A DNA stretch of 64,000 nucleotides, taken from contig CADBVZ010000003.1 of the NCBI GenBank assembly GCA_902798285.1, positions 41,818-105,817 on the forward strand, given 5' to 3'. Below, in pieces: positions 52,211 to 63,760 of the stretch (positions are counted from its first letter, which is position 1; each line of letters starts with the position of its first letter). This stretch comes from an uncultured Prevotella sp. (lineage in GTDB: Bacteria; Bacteroidota; Bacteroidia; Bacteroidales; Bacteroidaceae). Under the pieces are notes generated by a model, which was given only the letters and a program-made list of their open reading frames with translations, ran no database searches and was not told where the DNA came from. Made by a program: the position numbers and the translations under genes.

Positions 52211-53320
52211 GTGGACAACAATAGCATATTACAAAAGCTTGACGGCCTGGAGGCTCGCTTCGAGGAAGTATCAACCCTGATTACCGACCCCGATGTGATT
52301 GCCGATCAGAACCGTTTTGTGAAACTGACGAAAGAATACAAGGATCTGGGCGACATCATGGATGCCCGCAAGCGTTACATCGCCTGTCTGAATGGCATCA
52401 AGGAGGCGAAGGATATCCTGGCCAATGAGACCGATCCTGAGATGAAGGAGATGGCCCGTGAGGAACTGGCTGCCAACGAGGAACTTCAGCCCAAACTTGA
52501 GGAGGAAATCAAGATAGCCCTGATTCCGAAGGATCCTGAGGATGCGAAGAACGTGCAGATGGAGATTCGTGCTGGAACAGGTGGCGATGAGGCTTGTCTG
52601 TTTGCCGGCGATCTGTTTAAGATGTACAAGAGCTACTGCGACTCGAAGGGTTGGCAGCTCTCCATCACCAGCGTCAGCGAAGGAGCCGTAGGTGGTTACA
52701 AGGAGATCGACTTTGCCGTTTCGGGTGCCGATGTTTATGGCACACTGAAATACGAATCGGGCGTGCATCGTGTACAGCGTGTGCCAGCCACAGAGACTCA
52801 GGGTCGTATGCACACCTCAGCTGCCACAGTTGCCGTATTGCCTGAGGCCGATAAGTTCGAGGTACATGTGAACGAAGGCGAAATCAAGTGGGATACCTTC
52901 CGCTCGAGTGGTGCTGGTGGTCAGAACGTGAACAAGGTGGAATCGGGTGTTCGCTTGCGCTATATGTGGAAGAACCCCAACACGGGCGAAACGGAGGAGA
53001 TCCTCATTGAATGTACTGAGACGCGTGACCAACCCAAGAATAAGGAACGCGCGCTCTCGCGCCTGTACACCTTTATATATGATAAGGAGCACCAGAAGTA
53101 TATGGACGACATCGCCTCTCGTCGTAAGAGTCTGGTGTCAACGGGCGACCGCTCAGCCAAGATTCGTACGTACAACTTCCCCCAGGGACGTGTAACTGAT
53201 CATCGCATCGGCTACACCACTCACGATCTGCAGGGCTTCCTCGGAGGTGATATTCAGGCAATGATCGATGCGCTCACAGTAGCCGAGAACGCCGAGCGCA
53301 TGAAGGAGAATGAGCTATGA
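52211..53320 (+). CDS. prfA: Peptide chain release factor 1
   Basis: ESGVHRVQRVPATE (PxT) and GAGGQNVNK motifs; GTG start. Confidence 0.97.
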   Translation: MDNNSILQKLDGLEARFEEVSTLITDPDVIADQNRFVKLTKEYKDLGDIMDARKRYIACLNGIKEAKDILANETDPEMKEMAREELAANEELQPKLEEEIKIALIPKDPEDAKNVQMEIRAGTGGDEACLFAGDLFKMYKSYCDSKGWQLSITSVSEGAVGGYKEIDFAVSGADVYGTLKYESGVHRVQRVPATETQGRMHTSAATVAVLPEADKFEVHVNEGEIKWDTFRSSGAGGQNVNKVESGVRLRYMWKNPNTGETEEILIECTETRDQPKNKERALSRLYTFIYDKEHQKYMDDIASRRKSLVSTGDRSAKIRTYNFPQGRVTDHRIGYTTHDLQGFLGGDIQAMIDALTVAENAERMKENEL

Positions 53321-53514
53321 AGACTTACTTTGGAAGATCTTGGGTCGAGTGGGTTTGCATTTTCGTAGCAATAATCATTGCAGATATTGCTGTTGATACA
53401 TTCGAGACTGAGTGGTATTGGAAATTAGTCGTATTTGGCATTGTTTGGTTTGTTGGCTTTACAGTGACCTATTTACTTATTAATCAGATTCTAAAATGGA
53501 CAGGAAGGAACTAA
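53317..53514 (+). CDS. 65-aa two-TM Trp-rich small membrane protein
   Basis: ATGA overlap with prfA and 19-nt overlap with pyrF; AT-rich. Confidence 0.65.
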   Translation: MKTYFGRSWVEWVCIFVAIIIADIAVDTFETEWYWKLVVFGIVWFVGFTVTYLLINQILKWTGRN

Positions 53515-54323
53515 TTAATCAGATTAAGCAGAAGCAGAGTTTTCTGTGCGTGGGACTGGATACAGATGCCAAGAAGATGCCCGAGTGTGTCTTCGATCTG
53601 CACGATCCGTTCTTTGAGTTTAATAAGGCCATCATCGACGCAACGGCCAATTACTGCGTAGCCTACAAGCCCAATCTGGCTTTCTACGAGGCTTACGGCG
53701 TAAAGGGTCTGATGTCGTTCGAGAAAACGGTGAAGTATCTGAAGGAGAACTATCCCAACCACTTCATCATCGCCGATGCAAAGCGTGGCGATATTGGCAA
53801 CACCTCCAAGATGTATGCCCGTACCTTCTTCGAGGAGTACGATGTGGATGCGCTGACCGTTGCACCTTACATGGGCGAAGACAGCGTTACACCTTTCCTC
53901 GAGTACGAGAACAAATGGGTGATTCTGTTGGCACTCACTTCCAACAAAGGCTCTCACGATTTCCAGCTCACGGAGGATGCTCAGGGCGAGCGCCTCTTCG
54001 AGAAGGTGCTGAAGAAGAGTCAGGAATGGGGAAATGACGAAAATATGATGTATGTGGTTGGTGCCACTCAGGGCCAGATGTTCGAGGACATCCGCAAGGT
54101 AGCTCCCAATCATTTCCTCCTGGTGCCTGGTGTGGGTGCTCAGGGTGGAAGTTTGCAGGAGGTTTGCAAATACGGCATGACCAAGGATTGCGGTTTGCTG
54201 GTTAACTCCTCACGCGGCATCATCTACGCTTCGAACGATGAACACTATGCCGAGATAGCCGGCAACAAAGCCCGCGAACTCCAACAGGAGATGGCGATAG
54301 AATTAAAGAAGGTAGGTTTGTAA
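53496..54323 (+). CDS. pyrF: Orotidine-5'-phosphate decarboxylase
   Basis: [25 protein letters not shown] and [10 protein letters not shown] motifs. Confidence 0.96.
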   Translation: MDRKELINQIKQKQSFLCVGLDTDAKKMPECVFDLHDPFFEFNKAIIDATANYCVAYKPNLAFYEAYGVKGLMSFEKTVKYLKENYPNHFIIADAKRGDIGNTSKMYARTFFEEYDVDALTVAPYMGEDSVTPFLEYENKWVILLALTSNKGSHDFQLTEDAQGERLFEKVLKKSQEWGNDENMMYVVGATQGQMFEDIRKVAPNHFLLVPGVGAQGGSLQEVCKYGMTKDCGLLVNSSRGIIYASNDEHYAEIAGNKARELQQEMAIELKKVGL

Positions 54324-54340
54324 AACCTACCTTTCTTTTT
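54307..54340 (+). terminator. Intrinsic terminator overlapping the pyrF 3' end
   Basis: AAGGTAGGTTT-gta-AAACCTACCTT followed by a T-run. Confidence 0.75.
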
Positions 54341-54374
54341 CAATTTTCAATCTTCAATTTTCAATCTTCAATTT

Positions 54375-55457
54375 TCAATGTTTCTGCGCCCTACTCCACT
54401 TTTCTAACCTCTTGTATTCTTTCTTCGTGAGCCGCATGAACGAACCATGCTGAGGCGCTTTCACGCCTTCAATGTTGCGTGGCGAATGGAAGTTGCGCAT
54501 GTTCTCATCAGCCAGACAGAGGCGATAGTTCTTGGGCTTCGATGAATACTCGATATAGGCGATCACCCACGTCTTCTCACCAGCCAACTGGAAAGCACTC
54601 ACACCCTCACATTTCTTATTACCCTCAAAATCCACGTAGTCATCCTCCACAGGCTCGCTCCAAGGACCCGTGAGTGCTGGTGCTGTCGCTGTGAAGAGTC
54701 CAGGCTTGCCACCTTCCTTCTTAATCATCATGTGCCATTTCTGGTCGGCTTCCACCCAGTTGATGTCCGCATCTATGGTGGCATAGCCCCAGTCGAAGAG
54801 CAATCGGGGTTGCGTCAGCGTGGTAAAACTCTCATCGGCATACGAGTAGTACATGCGATCGTACGCTTCCTCACCACGATTCCAGATGGAGTAATACACC
54901 ATATAACCGCCCTTCTTGCCGTTGGGCCAAACATAGTCCTCATCCCACACAATCTGTGGTGCCCACACACGATTAATCGTGCTCCAATCCTTAAACGTGC
55001 TCTCCTTCTCCGAATCCGAGAAAATCGATGGACCCTTGCGATAATCGAAGGTTACTGATTTCCAGTTAATCAGGTCATCGCTCGTCAGCAGATCGATGCC
55101 GTAGTTATCCCATGTTTCCTTCTTGCCCAGTCGATCGCGAGCGCCCACGTTCATATCCGTACACACCATCAGATAGCCCTTGCCATCGTGCTTGCGGCAG
55201 ATGTAAGCATCGCGCGTAGCACCCTCAATACGGGCATGTTCGGCATCGCTGAAGATGGAGTCGCCATCCAGCAGATCGTGATAGTGAAACCCATCGCGAC
55301 TCAGGGCATACGCCGTCCACGCGCGCCCACGCTCGTTCATATGACAATACAGATAACCATAGTTGCCTTTTTGCAGATTTCCCTTCTGGGCCATCATCGC
55401 CTGAGGCATCATCATCAGCAAGCCCGAGAGAAGTGTTAAGAGTTGTAAATGCTTCAT
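54375..55457 (-). CDS. Glycoside hydrolase family 43 (secreted)
   Basis: Signal peptide; TRDAYI, VWAPQ, ATIDADI, CEG and QHGS motifs. Confidence 0.85.
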   Translation of the reverse strand: MKHLQLLTLLSGLLMMMPQAMMAQKGNLQKGNYGYLYCHMNERGRAWTAYALSRDGFHYHDLLDGDSIFSDAEHARIEGATRDAYICRKHDGKGYLMVCTDMNVGARDRLGKKETWDNYGIDLLTSDDLINWKSVTFDYRKGPSIFSDSEKESTFKDWSTINRVWAPQIVWDEDYVWPNGKKGGYMVYYSIWNRGEEAYDRMYYSYADESFTTLTQPRLLFDWGYATIDADINWVEADQKWHMMIKKEGGKPGLFTATAPALTGPWSEPVEDDYVDFEGNKKCEGVSAFQLAGEKTWVIAYIEYSSKPKNYRLCLADENMRNFHSPRNIEGVKAPQHGSFMRLTKKEYKRLEKWSRAQKH

Positions 55458-55559
55458 AAGAGTAGTTATTTGAGTAATTTTGGGGCAAAGATACGTAAAT
55501 TATTTGATAAAACCACAATAAATTTGGTATTTCCCCTCCTTTTTTGTAATTTTGCACCC

Positions 55560-56783
55560 ATGAACGACGTCAAGATTATCAACGACCCCGTTTTCGGGTT
55601 TATCAGGATACCCCGAGGGTTGCTTTATAACATCGTGCAGCATCCGCTGTTCCAGCGCCTGAATCGCATCAACCAGCTCGGTCTGGCTTCAGTGGTTTAT
55701 CCGGGTGCTCGCCACACGCGTTTCCAGCATTCTCTGGGCGCTTTCCATCTGATGAGTGAGGCCATCCTGAACCTCCAGCAGAAGGGCAACTTTATCTTTG
55801 ATTCTGAGGCCGAAGCCGTCGAGGCCGCCATCCTGATGCACGACATCGGGCATGGTCCTTTCTCGCATGTTTTGGAGGGAACACTCCTTCACGGCATCTC
55901 CCACGAGGACATCTCGCTCATGATGATGGAAGAGATCAATCGCTCCCTCAACGGACAGCTTAATCTGGCCATCAGCATCTTCAAAGGCGACTATCCCAAG
56001 AACTTCCTCCACCAGTTGATTTCCAGTCAGTTGGATATGGACCGATTGGATTATCTGCGTCGTGATTCATTCTATACCGGCGTTACCGAAGGCAACATCG
56101 GTAGCGCTCGTATCATCAAGATGCTCAATGTGATAGACGATTCGCTTGTAGTAGAACAGAAAGGTATTTACTCGCTCGAAAACTACCTCACCACCCGCCG
56201 TCTGATGTACTGGCAGGTATACCTGCATCGCACCTGTGTGGCCTACGAAAAAGTGCTCGTCAATATGCTCACTCGCGCTAAGGATCTCATCCGCATGGGT
56301 CAGGATGTGTTCGCATCGCCAGCCCTGCATTACTTCATCAGCAACGATGTGGATAAGGCCTGGTTCACCTCTCATCCTGAGGTCCTCGCCTACTACGGCG
56401 AACTCGATGATTCCGACATCTGGAGCGCCATGAAGGCTTGGAAGCATCACGACGATAAGATACTCTCCACCCTCGCCACCGATATGCTCGATCGCCGCAT
56501 CTTCAAGGTGGAAGTGCTGGAGGAAGAACCCACGCCCGAGCGCATGGAGGAACTCAAGCAGATGATCGCCCAGAAGATGGACATTCCGTACGAGGATGCC
56601 CACTATCTCATGAGCCTGAACACCATCCAGAAAGACATGTATAATGTGGATGATGATAGTATCGCAATACTTTACAAAAATGGCGAGATAAAAGACATTT
56701 CTGAGGCTAGCGAATTGCTAAATGTACAATTACTTTCTAAAAAAATTAGAAAATATTACCTGTGTTATCAGCGTTTTGAATAA
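55560..56783 (+). CDS. HD-domain phosphohydrolase
   Basis: DPVFGFI, HTRFQHSLG, LMHDIGHGPFSH and DMDRLDYLRRD motifs. Confidence 0.92.
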   Translation: MNDVKIINDPVFGFIRIPRGLLYNIVQHPLFQRLNRINQLGLASVVYPGARHTRFQHSLGAFHLMSEAILNLQQKGNFIFDSEAEAVEAAILMHDIGHGPFSHVLEGTLLHGISHEDISLMMMEEINRSLNGQLNLAISIFKGDYPKNFLHQLISSQLDMDRLDYLRRDSFYTGVTEGNIGSARIIKMLNVIDDSLVVEQKGIYSLENYLTTRRLMYWQVYLHRTCVAYEKVLVNMLTRAKDLIRMGQDVFASPALHYFISNDVDKAWFTSHPEVLAYYGELDDSDIWSAMKAWKHHDDKILSTLATDMLDRRIFKVEVLEEEPTPERMEELKQMIAQKMDIPYEDAHYLMSLNTIQKDMYNVDDDSIAILYKNGEIKDISEASELLNVQLLSKKIRKYYLCYQRFE

Positions 56784-56826
56784 TTTTCCTTATCTTTGCA
56801 CGGATATTTAGAAACTTTACAAAATT

Positions 56827-57864
56827 ATGGAGTTTACAGCCAAACAGATTGCAGAACTAATTCAAGGCAGAGTTGAGGGCAACGAAAATGCCATCGTTAA
56901 GACTTTCGCCAAAATCGAAGAGGGCGTGCCAGGAGCCATTTCTTTCCTGTCGAATCCCAAATACACCCATTACATTTACGACACTAAGTCGAGCGTTGTG
57001 CTCATCAACGAGGACGTAGAGCTTGATCAGCCCGTTAGCGCCACACTCATCCGCGTGAAAAACGCCTACGAGTGCGTGGCCAAACTGCTGCAGTTCTACG
57101 AGTCGATGAAGCCCGCCAAGAAGGGCATCGATCCCCTGGCCAGCATCTCGCCCAAGGCTACTGTTGGCGAGGATGTTTACATTGGTCCTTTCGCTGTCAT
57201 CGGCGATGGAGCTGTTATCGGCAAGGGTTCTCAGATTTATCCTCACGCCGTGATTGGCGAGGGTGTCAGCCTAGGCGAGAAATGCCTCATTTACCCCAAC
57301 GTTACCATCTATCAGGGATGTAAGCTGGGCAATAATGTCACCATCCACGCTGGTAGTGTGATTGGTGCCGACGGCTTCGGTTTCGCCCCCAGCACCGCTG
57401 GTTACGATAAGATTCCTCAGATTGGTATCGTAGTGATCGAGGACAATGTAGAGATTGGTGCCAACACCTGTGTGGACCGTTCTACGATGGGTCAGACCGT
57501 CATCCACAAGGGTGTGAAGCTGGATAACCTGATTCAGGTGGCCCACAACTGTGAGATTGGCGAGAACACCGTGATGTCGGCTCAGGCCGGTATGGCTGGT
57601 TCCACCAAGATCGGCGCTTGGTGTATGGTGGGTGGTCAGGCTGGTTTTGCTGGTCATATCCATGTGGCCGATAAGACCTTCGTCGGAGCCCAGTGTGGTG
57701 TCATCAAGAACACCAAGGGCGATGAGCAGCTCATCGGTTCGCCAGCTATGGAACCCAAGATGTTCTTCAAGGCTAAGGCCATGTATTCCAAGTTGCCCGA
57801 TATGTATCGCCAGGTAGCTCAGCTCCAGCGCGAACTCGAAGCCTTAAAAGAGCAGTTAAGATAA
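56827..57864 (+). CDS. lpxD: UDP-3-O-acylglucosamine N-acyltransferase
   Basis: Hexapeptide repeats; GADGFGF and [11 protein letters not shown] motifs. Confidence 0.96.
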   Translation: MEFTAKQIAELIQGRVEGNENAIVKTFAKIEEGVPGAISFLSNPKYTHYIYDTKSSVVLINEDVELDQPVSATLIRVKNAYECVAKLLQFYESMKPAKKGIDPLASISPKATVGEDVYIGPFAVIGDGAVIGKGSQIYPHAVIGEGVSLGEKCLIYPNVTIYQGCKLGNNVTIHAGSVIGADGFGFAPSTAGYDKIPQIGIVVIEDNVEIGANTCVDRSTMGQTVIHKGVKLDNLIQVAHNCEIGENTVMSAQAGMAGSTKIGAWCMVGGQAGFAGHIHVADKTFVGAQCGVIKNTKGDEQLIGSPAMEPKMFFKAKAMYSKLPDMYRQVAQLQRELEALKEQLR

Positions 57865-57951
57865 AATTAAATCCATCGAGGCTAAGGCAGAGAGATAAAA
57901 AAACTCTGTAACTCTGAGTCTCTGTGTTGAAAATAAAAATAAGAAGAAGTT

Positions 57952-59334
57952 ATGAAACAGAAAACTTTGAAAGGCAGTTTCTCCTTGTTTGGTAAAGGAC
58001 TGCATACAGGTTTGAACCTCACGGTAACATTCAATCCCGCCCCTGAGAACACGGGCTATAAGATTCAGCGAATCGACCTCGAGGGTCAGCCCATCATCGA
58101 CGCTATAGCCGAGAATGTGGTTGATACTCAGCGCGGTACGGTTCTCGGTAAGGGCGATGCACGCGTGTCTACCGTCGAGCACGGACTCTCTGCCCTCTAC
58201 GCTATGGGCATCGACAACTGTCTCATCCACGTCAACGGTCCCGAGTTCCCCATCCTCGATGGTTCAGCCATCCAGTATGTGGAGAAAATCAAGGAGATCG
58301 GTCTGGAAGAGCAGAACGCCCCGAAGGATTTTTATGTCATCCGTAAGAAGATTGAGGTGAAGGATGAGAACACCGGTTCGTGCATCACCATTCTGCCCGA
58401 TGAGGACTTCTCGATTACAGCCATGTGCTCGTTCGAGTCGAAGTTCATCAGCTCGCAGTTTGCCACACTCGATAATCCTTATGCTTATGATACCGAGATT
58501 GCCAGTGCTCGCACCTTCGTGTTTGTTCGCGATATCGAGCCCCTGCTTCAGGCCAATCTCATCAAGGGTGGCGATCTGGATAACGCCATCGTGATCTACG
58601 AGCGCCAGACCACTCAGGAGCGCCTCGATATGCTGGCCGACATGCTCCACGTAGAGCATCGCGATGCTACCGATCTGGGTTACATCCAGCACAAGCCGCT
58701 ACAGTGGGACAACGAGTGCACACGCCACAAGCTGCTCGACATCATCGGCGATATGGCCCTCATCGGCAAACCCATCAAGGGCCGCATCGTAGCCACTCGT
58801 CCTGGTCATACCATCAACAATAAGTTCGCCCGTCTGATGCGTAAGGAGATTCGTAAGCACGAGATCCAGGCACCCATCTACGATCCCAACGAGGAGCCGA
58901 TAATGGATGTGAACAAGATTCGCGAACTCCTGCCCCACCGCTATCCCATGCAGCTCGTCGATAAGGTGATTTCGCTGGGCGCTAACACCATCGTGGGTGT
59001 GAAGAACGTTACAGCCAACGAGCCTTTCTTCCAGGGTCACTTCCCTCAGGAGCCCGTGATGCCTGGTGTGCTGCAGATTGAGGCTATGGCCCAGTGTGGT
59101 GGACTCCTGGTGCTCAACACCCTCGAGGAGCCTGAGCGCTGGAGCACCTACTTCATGAAGATCGATGATGTGAAGTTCCGCCGCAAGGTGGTTCCCGGCG
59201 ATACGCTCATCTTCAAGGTTGAGTTGCTGGCTCCCGTTCGTCATGGTATCTCTTCCATGAAGGGTTACATCTTCGTAGGCGATCAGGTAGCTGGCGAAGC
59301 CACCTTCACCGCCCAGATTGTTAAGAACAAGTAA
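57952..59334 (+). CDS. lpxC-fabZ: Bifunctional LpxC/FabZ
   Basis: GLHTG, TVEH and HKLLD (LpxC); LPHRYP and GHFP..PVMPGVL.IE (FabZ). Confidence 0.96.
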   Translation: MKQKTLKGSFSLFGKGLHTGLNLTVTFNPAPENTGYKIQRIDLEGQPIIDAIAENVVDTQRGTVLGKGDARVSTVEHGLSALYAMGIDNCLIHVNGPEFPILDGSAIQYVEKIKEIGLEEQNAPKDFYVIRKKIEVKDENTGSCITILPDEDFSITAMCSFESKFISSQFATLDNPYAYDTEIASARTFVFVRDIEPLLQANLIKGGDLDNAIVIYERQTTQERLDMLADMLHVEHRDATDLGYIQHKPLQWDNECTRHKLLDIIGDMALIGKPIKGRIVATRPGHTINNKFARLMRKEIRKHEIQAPIYDPNEEPIMDVNKIRELLPHRYPMQLVDKVISLGANTIVGVKNVTANEPFFQGHFPQEPVMPGVLQIEAMAQCGGLLVLNTLEEPERWSTYFMKIDDVKFRRKVVPGDTLIFKVELLAPVRHGISSMKGYIFVGDQVAGEATFTAQIVKNK

Positions 59335-59368
59335 CTCAACTTTCGCAAGCTCCGCCTTGCTCAGTCTC

Positions 59369-59543
59369 GTTAGGGGTTAGTAGTTAGAGGTTAGGGGTTC
59401 TTGGACAAGCCAAGCGGCAAAGCCGAGCGAGAGAATAGTTGGATAAACGCTGATTATAAACGTATAAAAATAAAGGAAATACGGGGCTAAAAGGGAGTGA
59501 AGAGAGTAATCTCTAACCACTAACCACTAACCCCTAACCACTA
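59369..59543 (+). repeat. Intergenic full-length heptamer element (GGTTAGA/TAACCAC variant)
   Basis: (gttagagg)n...gagagaa...ctgat...gagagtaatctc(taaccac)n. Confidence 0.75.
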
Positions 59544-59556
59544 AAAATAAAGAAGC

Positions 59557-60327
59557 ATGAATCAAATTCATCCTTTAGCTGTTGTGGACCCAGAGGCAAA
59601 GCTGGGCGATAACAATGTGATCGGCCCTTTCTGCGTCATCGATAAGAACGTAGAGCTGGGCGATAACAATAAACTGCTGAACAACGTAACGCTCCACTTC
59701 GGAGCCCGCATCGGCAATGGCAACGAGTTCTTCCCCGGTGCCTCCATCTCTACCAAACCCCAGGACCTGAAGTTCCAGGGCGAGGAGACCCTTTGCGTGA
59801 TTGGCGACAATAACTCCATCCGTGAGAATGTTACCATCTCGCGCGGAACAGCCTCCCGTGGCAAGACCGTTGTGGGTAATAACAACCTGCTGATGGAGAA
59901 CATGCACATCGCCCACGACTGTATCATCGGCAATGGCTGCATCATCGGCAACTCCACCAAGATTGCCGGCGAGGTAGAGGTCGATGACTTCGCCATCATC
60001 TCGGCATGCTGTCTGTTCCATCAGTTCATCCGCGTGGGCAGCTACATCATGTTCCAGGGCGGCTCTCGCACCTCTCAGGATATTCCTCCCTTCATCATTG
60101 CCGGTAAGGAACCCATCCGCTATGCTGGTGTCAACCTCGTAGGCTTGCGTCGTCGTGGTTTCTCTAACGAGACCATCGATGCCATCCACGATGCTTATCG
60201 CATCATCTACGCCCAGCCCATCATGAAGGATGGTGTGGCCGAGGCTCGCGCCAAGTATCCCGATGTGAAGGAGGTAGAGTATATCTGCTCGTTCATCGAA
60301 AGCTCCAAGCGAGGTGTCATCCGCTAA
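59557..60327 (+). CDS. lpxA: UDP-N-acetylglucosamine acyltransferase
   Basis: [21 protein letters not shown] and VGLRRRGF motifs. Confidence 0.96.
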   Translation: MNQIHPLAVVDPEAKLGDNNVIGPFCVIDKNVELGDNNKLLNNVTLHFGARIGNGNEFFPGASISTKPQDLKFQGEETLCVIGDNNSIRENVTISRGTASRGKTVVGNNNLLMENMHIAHDCIIGNGCIIGNSTKIAGEVEVDDFAIISACCLFHQFIRVGSYIMFQGGSRTSQDIPPFIIAGKEPIRYAGVNLVGLRRRGFSNETIDAIHDAYRIIYAQPIMKDGVAEARAKYPDVKEVEYICSFIESSKRGVIR

Positions 60328-61234
60328 AACGCTCATCGTCATCACAGGGCCCACGGCCGTAGGCAAGACAGCCTTGTGTCTCGACATCGCCCAGCACTTT
60401 GGCATCCCCATTATCAATGCCGATTCCAGGCAGATATATAAGGAACTGAAGATTGGCACCGCCAGTCCCACCAGCGAGCAGCTACAATTGGTACCCCTTT
60501 ACTTCGTGGGCTCGCTCTCGCTCACTGACTACTATAGCGCATCGCTCTTTGAACAGCAGGTATTGGAGATTCTCTCGCGCCAGTTCCGCTCTCACGATTT
60601 CGCCCTCATGGCCGGCGGCAGCATGATGTATATCGATGCTGTGTGCGATGGCATCGACGATATCCCTACGGTGGATGACGTTACGCGCGAAACGCTCAAA
60701 CGCCGCCTCGCCCAAGAAGGCCTCGAGGCATTGGTGGAGCAACTGAAGGAGCTCGACCCCGAGTACTACGAGATTGTCGACCGCCAGAATCCGCGCCGCG
60801 TGGTGCATGGATTGGAAATCTGCCTCATGACTGGCAAGACTTACACCTCGTTCCGCAAGCGCGAGAAGAAAGAGCGCCCCTTCCGCATCGTGAAGATCGG
60901 ACTCAATCGTCCGCGCGAGGAACTATATGATCGCATCAATCAGCGAGTCGATCAAATGATGCAGCAAGGACTCCTCGACGAGGCAAAAGCCCTCTACCCC
61001 ATGCGCCAGATGAACGCGCTCAACACCGTGGGCTACAAGGAACTCTTCGATTACCTCGACGGACGCTGGCCTCTAGAGGAAGCCGTAGAGCGCATCAAGG
61101 GCAACACCCGCCGCTACGCCCGCAAACAACTCACGTGGTACAAGAAGGACCCGCAGATACGCTGGTTCCACCCCGATGATAAAGAACAAATAATCAGTTA
61201 CATATCTCAAGACTATGAGCAACGAAACAACTAA
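60314..61234 (+). CDS. miaA: tRNA dimethylallyltransferase
   Basis: [26 protein letters not shown] and [11 protein letters not shown] motifs. Confidence 0.95.
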   Translation: MSSAKTLIVITGPTAVGKTALCLDIAQHFGIPIINADSRQIYKELKIGTASPTSEQLQLVPLYFVGSLSLTDYYSASLFEQQVLEILSRQFRSHDFALMAGGSMMYIDAVCDGIDDIPTVDDVTRETLKRRLAQEGLEALVEQLKELDPEYYEIVDRQNPRRVVHGLEICLMTGKTYTSFRKREKKERPFRIVKIGLNRPREELYDRINQRVDQMMQQGLLDEAKALYPMRQMNALNTVGYKELFDYLDGRWPLEEAVERIKGNTRRYARKQLTWYKKDPQIRWFHPDDKEQIISYISQDYEQRNN

Positions 61235-63719
61235 CAAATACATGGCTTGGTATCAGACGGCCCTGCAGAAAATCAAGGGCATCTGGCCTTGGTATAAAGG
61301 TCTTTACAAGGGACGTCCCTGGTACATCAAGACGCTTGTCACCATGGCCTCTCTCATCGTCGCCTTCTTCCTCTATCTGGGAGCCGTCGACATGAATTTC
61401 CTGTGGCTCTTCGGCAAGTCGCCATCCATGTCAACTATCAAGAACAAGCGCCCCGCCGAGGCTTCCATGATCTATAGCGCCGATGGCAAACTCATCGGCA
61501 AATTCTTCAGCGAGAACCGCACGCCCGTCACTTACGAAGAGGTGAACCCCGTATTCTGGAAAGCCCTCATCGATACCGAGGACGAGCGCTTCTATCGCCA
61601 TCATGGCATCGACTATCAGGCCTTTGCCGCCGCCCTGAAGGATTACGCCCTTCATCACGATGCGCGTGGTGCATCCACCATCACCCAGCAGTTGGCCAAG
61701 AACCTGTTCCGCACACGTTCTGAATACTCTACCGGATTGCTGGGCTACATCCCCGGCATCAAGATGCTCATCCTCAAGAGCAAGGAGTGGATCACGGCCT
61801 ATAAGCTCGAGTTCTTCTTCACCAAGAACGAAATCCTCACGCAGTATGCCAACACGGTCGATTTCGGCTCTAACGCCTTCGGCATCAAGACCGCTTGTAA
61901 GACCTACTTTAACTGCAAGCCTCAGGACCTCACGGCCGAGAATGCCGCCATCCTCGTAGGCATGCTCAAGGCCACCACCTATTATAATCCCCTTATCAAT
62001 CCTGACAACTCGCTGAAGCGTCGTAACATCGTGCTCGACCTCATGCGCCAGCACAACGACCTCACCCAGGCCGAGTGCGACTCGCTCAAGCAGATCGACA
62101 TCAAACTCGACTACAGCGTCGAATCCGCCTACGATGGCGATGCCAACTACTTCCGCGAGGCTGTGGCCGACTATCTGAAAGGCTGGTGCGAGGACTATTT
62201 CGACAATCGCAACGCCCTCTATACCGAAGGATTGAAGATTTACACCACCATCGATTCGCGCATGCAGAAATATGCCGAAGAGGCAGCCGTCAAGCAGATG
62301 AAACAGGTGCAGCAGACCTTCAATCAGCACTGGGGCAGCACCAATCCCTGGCAGGACGAGCACCACGTGGAGATCAAGAACTTCATCGAGGACATCGCCA
62401 AGCGACAGCCCGTTTACAAATACCTCACCAAGAAATTCGATGGCAACGAGGACTCCATCAACTACTACCTCAATCTGCCCCACCCCGTCAAGGTGTTCGA
62501 CTATGAGCATGGTCAGGTGGAGAAGGAACTCTCCACGATGGACTCCATCCGCTACATGGTTCACTTCATGCATTGCGGCTTCGTGGCTATGGAGCCCCAG
62601 ACCGGTCATGTCAAAGCCTGGGTGGGCGATATCGATTTCCGTTCGTGGAAGTATGATAAGGTAACCGCCATGCGCCAGCCCGGATCCACGTTTAAGCTCT
62701 TCGTTTACACCGAGGCCATGAATCAGGGCATCACCCCTTGCGACACGCGTAAGGACGAGTTCTTCTCCATGAAGGTGATGGATCACGGTCAGGAAGTAAC
62801 CTGGGCGCCCACCAATGCCGACGGCCGCTTCTCGGGAGCCAACATCACGCTGAAACAGGCCTTCGCCATGAGTATCAACTCCGTAGCCGTTCGCCTGGGT
62901 CAGGAGTGCGGCATCGACAATATCGTGAACACCGCCCATGCCATGGGTATCAAGTCTAAACTCGACCCCACCCCGTCGCTCACGCTGGGCTCCAGCGATG
63001 TCAATCTGCTCGAGATGGTCAATGCCTATTGCACCCCCGTGAACGATGGTAAGCACCTCGATCCAGTGCTCGTGGCCCGTATTGAGGATCGCGATGGCAA
63101 TGTCATCTACGAAGCCCCCACCGAGGGTCAGCAGGCCATTCCTTATCGCTCCGCCTTCCTCGTGCAGCAGTTGCTCAAGGGCGGCATGAGCGGCACCAGC
63201 TCGCGCCTCATGGGATTCGTGGGCTACGACAAGGCCGCCGATACCGACTTCGGTGGTAAGACTGGTACGTCGAATAATCACTCCGATGCCTGGTTCATCG
63301 GCACCACACCTAAGCTGGTTTGTGGCGCTTGGGTGGGCGGCGAGTATCGCTCCATCCACTTCCGCACTGGTATGCTGGGTCAGGGCAACCGCACGGCACT
63401 CCCCATCTGTGGTTACTTCCTCGGCTCCGTGCTCAATGATCCTGCCTTCAAGCAGTATCGTGCCAAGTTCCCCGCTCCTCACGATATCGACCTGCAGAGT
63501 CAGATGTACGATTGCGGTGGTTACTTCCAGGCGCCCGCCGATTCCGACTCGCTGAGTGTCGACTCTCTGGGTCTTGAGCTGGGCGAAGGCGAGGCCATCC
63601 TCTACGACGATCATGGCAATCCCCTCCAGCGCCCCCACAAGGATCCCGAGCCCGCCTCCGCCGACGAAACCCATCACCCCCAGCAAAATACCGAAGCCAC
63701 CGAGAACAAAGAGGAGTAA
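61215..63719 (+). CDS. Class A penicillin-binding protein (PBP1A-like)
   Basis: TEDERFY.HHGID and GASTITQQL (transglycosylase); GSTFK, SIN and KTG (transpeptidase). Confidence 0.93.
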   Translation: MSNETTNKYMAWYQTALQKIKGIWPWYKGLYKGRPWYIKTLVTMASLIVAFFLYLGAVDMNFLWLFGKSPSMSTIKNKRPAEASMIYSADGKLIGKFFSENRTPVTYEEVNPVFWKALIDTEDERFYRHHGIDYQAFAAALKDYALHHDARGASTITQQLAKNLFRTRSEYSTGLLGYIPGIKMLILKSKEWITAYKLEFFFTKNEILTQYANTVDFGSNAFGIKTACKTYFNCKPQDLTAENAAILVGMLKATTYYNPLINPDNSLKRRNIVLDLMRQHNDLTQAECDSLKQIDIKLDYSVESAYDGDANYFREAVADYLKGWCEDYFDNRNALYTEGLKIYTTIDSRMQKYAEEAAVKQMKQVQQTFNQHWGSTNPWQDEHHVEIKNFIEDIAKRQPVYKYLTKKFDGNEDSINYYLNLPHPVKVFDYEHGQVEKELSTMDSIRYMVHFMHCGFVAMEPQTGHVKAWVGDIDFRSWKYDKVTAMRQPGSTFKLFVYTEAMNQGITPCDTRKDEFFSMKVMDHGQEVTWAPTNADGRFSGANITLKQAFAMSINSVAVRLGQECGIDNIVNTAHAMGIKSKLDPTPSLTLGSSDVNLLEMVNAYCTPVNDGKHLDPVLVARIEDRDGNVIYEAPTEGQQAIPYRSAFLVQQLLKGGMSGTSSRLMGFVGYDKAADTDFGGKTGTSNNHSDAWFIGTTPKLVCGAWVGGEYRSIHFRTGMLGQGNRTALPICGYFLGSVLNDPAFKQYRAKFPAPHDIDLQSQMYDCGGYFQAPADSDSLSVDSLGLELGEGEAILYDDHGNPLQRPHKDPEPASADETHHPQQNTEATENKEE

Positions 63720-63760
63720 GAGTAATCTCTCACCTCTAGCTTCTCACCTCTCACCTCTAA

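Noticed and set aside
57952-59334. LpxC-FabZ fusion and class III FBPase (30225-32219) as novelties
   Set aside because: Both are standard in Bacteroidales.
60491-60502. MiaA VPLY in place of the usual His-containing VxHY/HH motif
   Set aside because: It is a single-base difference (CTT vs CAT) that cannot be distinguished from a tolerated variant or sequencing error; the rest of the gene is intact.
61431-63686. 751-aa minus-strand ORF (similarly 32216-33259, 13467-14474, 35016-35963, 59575-60471)
   Set aside because: These are antisense shadows of well-supported genes, arising from biased codon usage.
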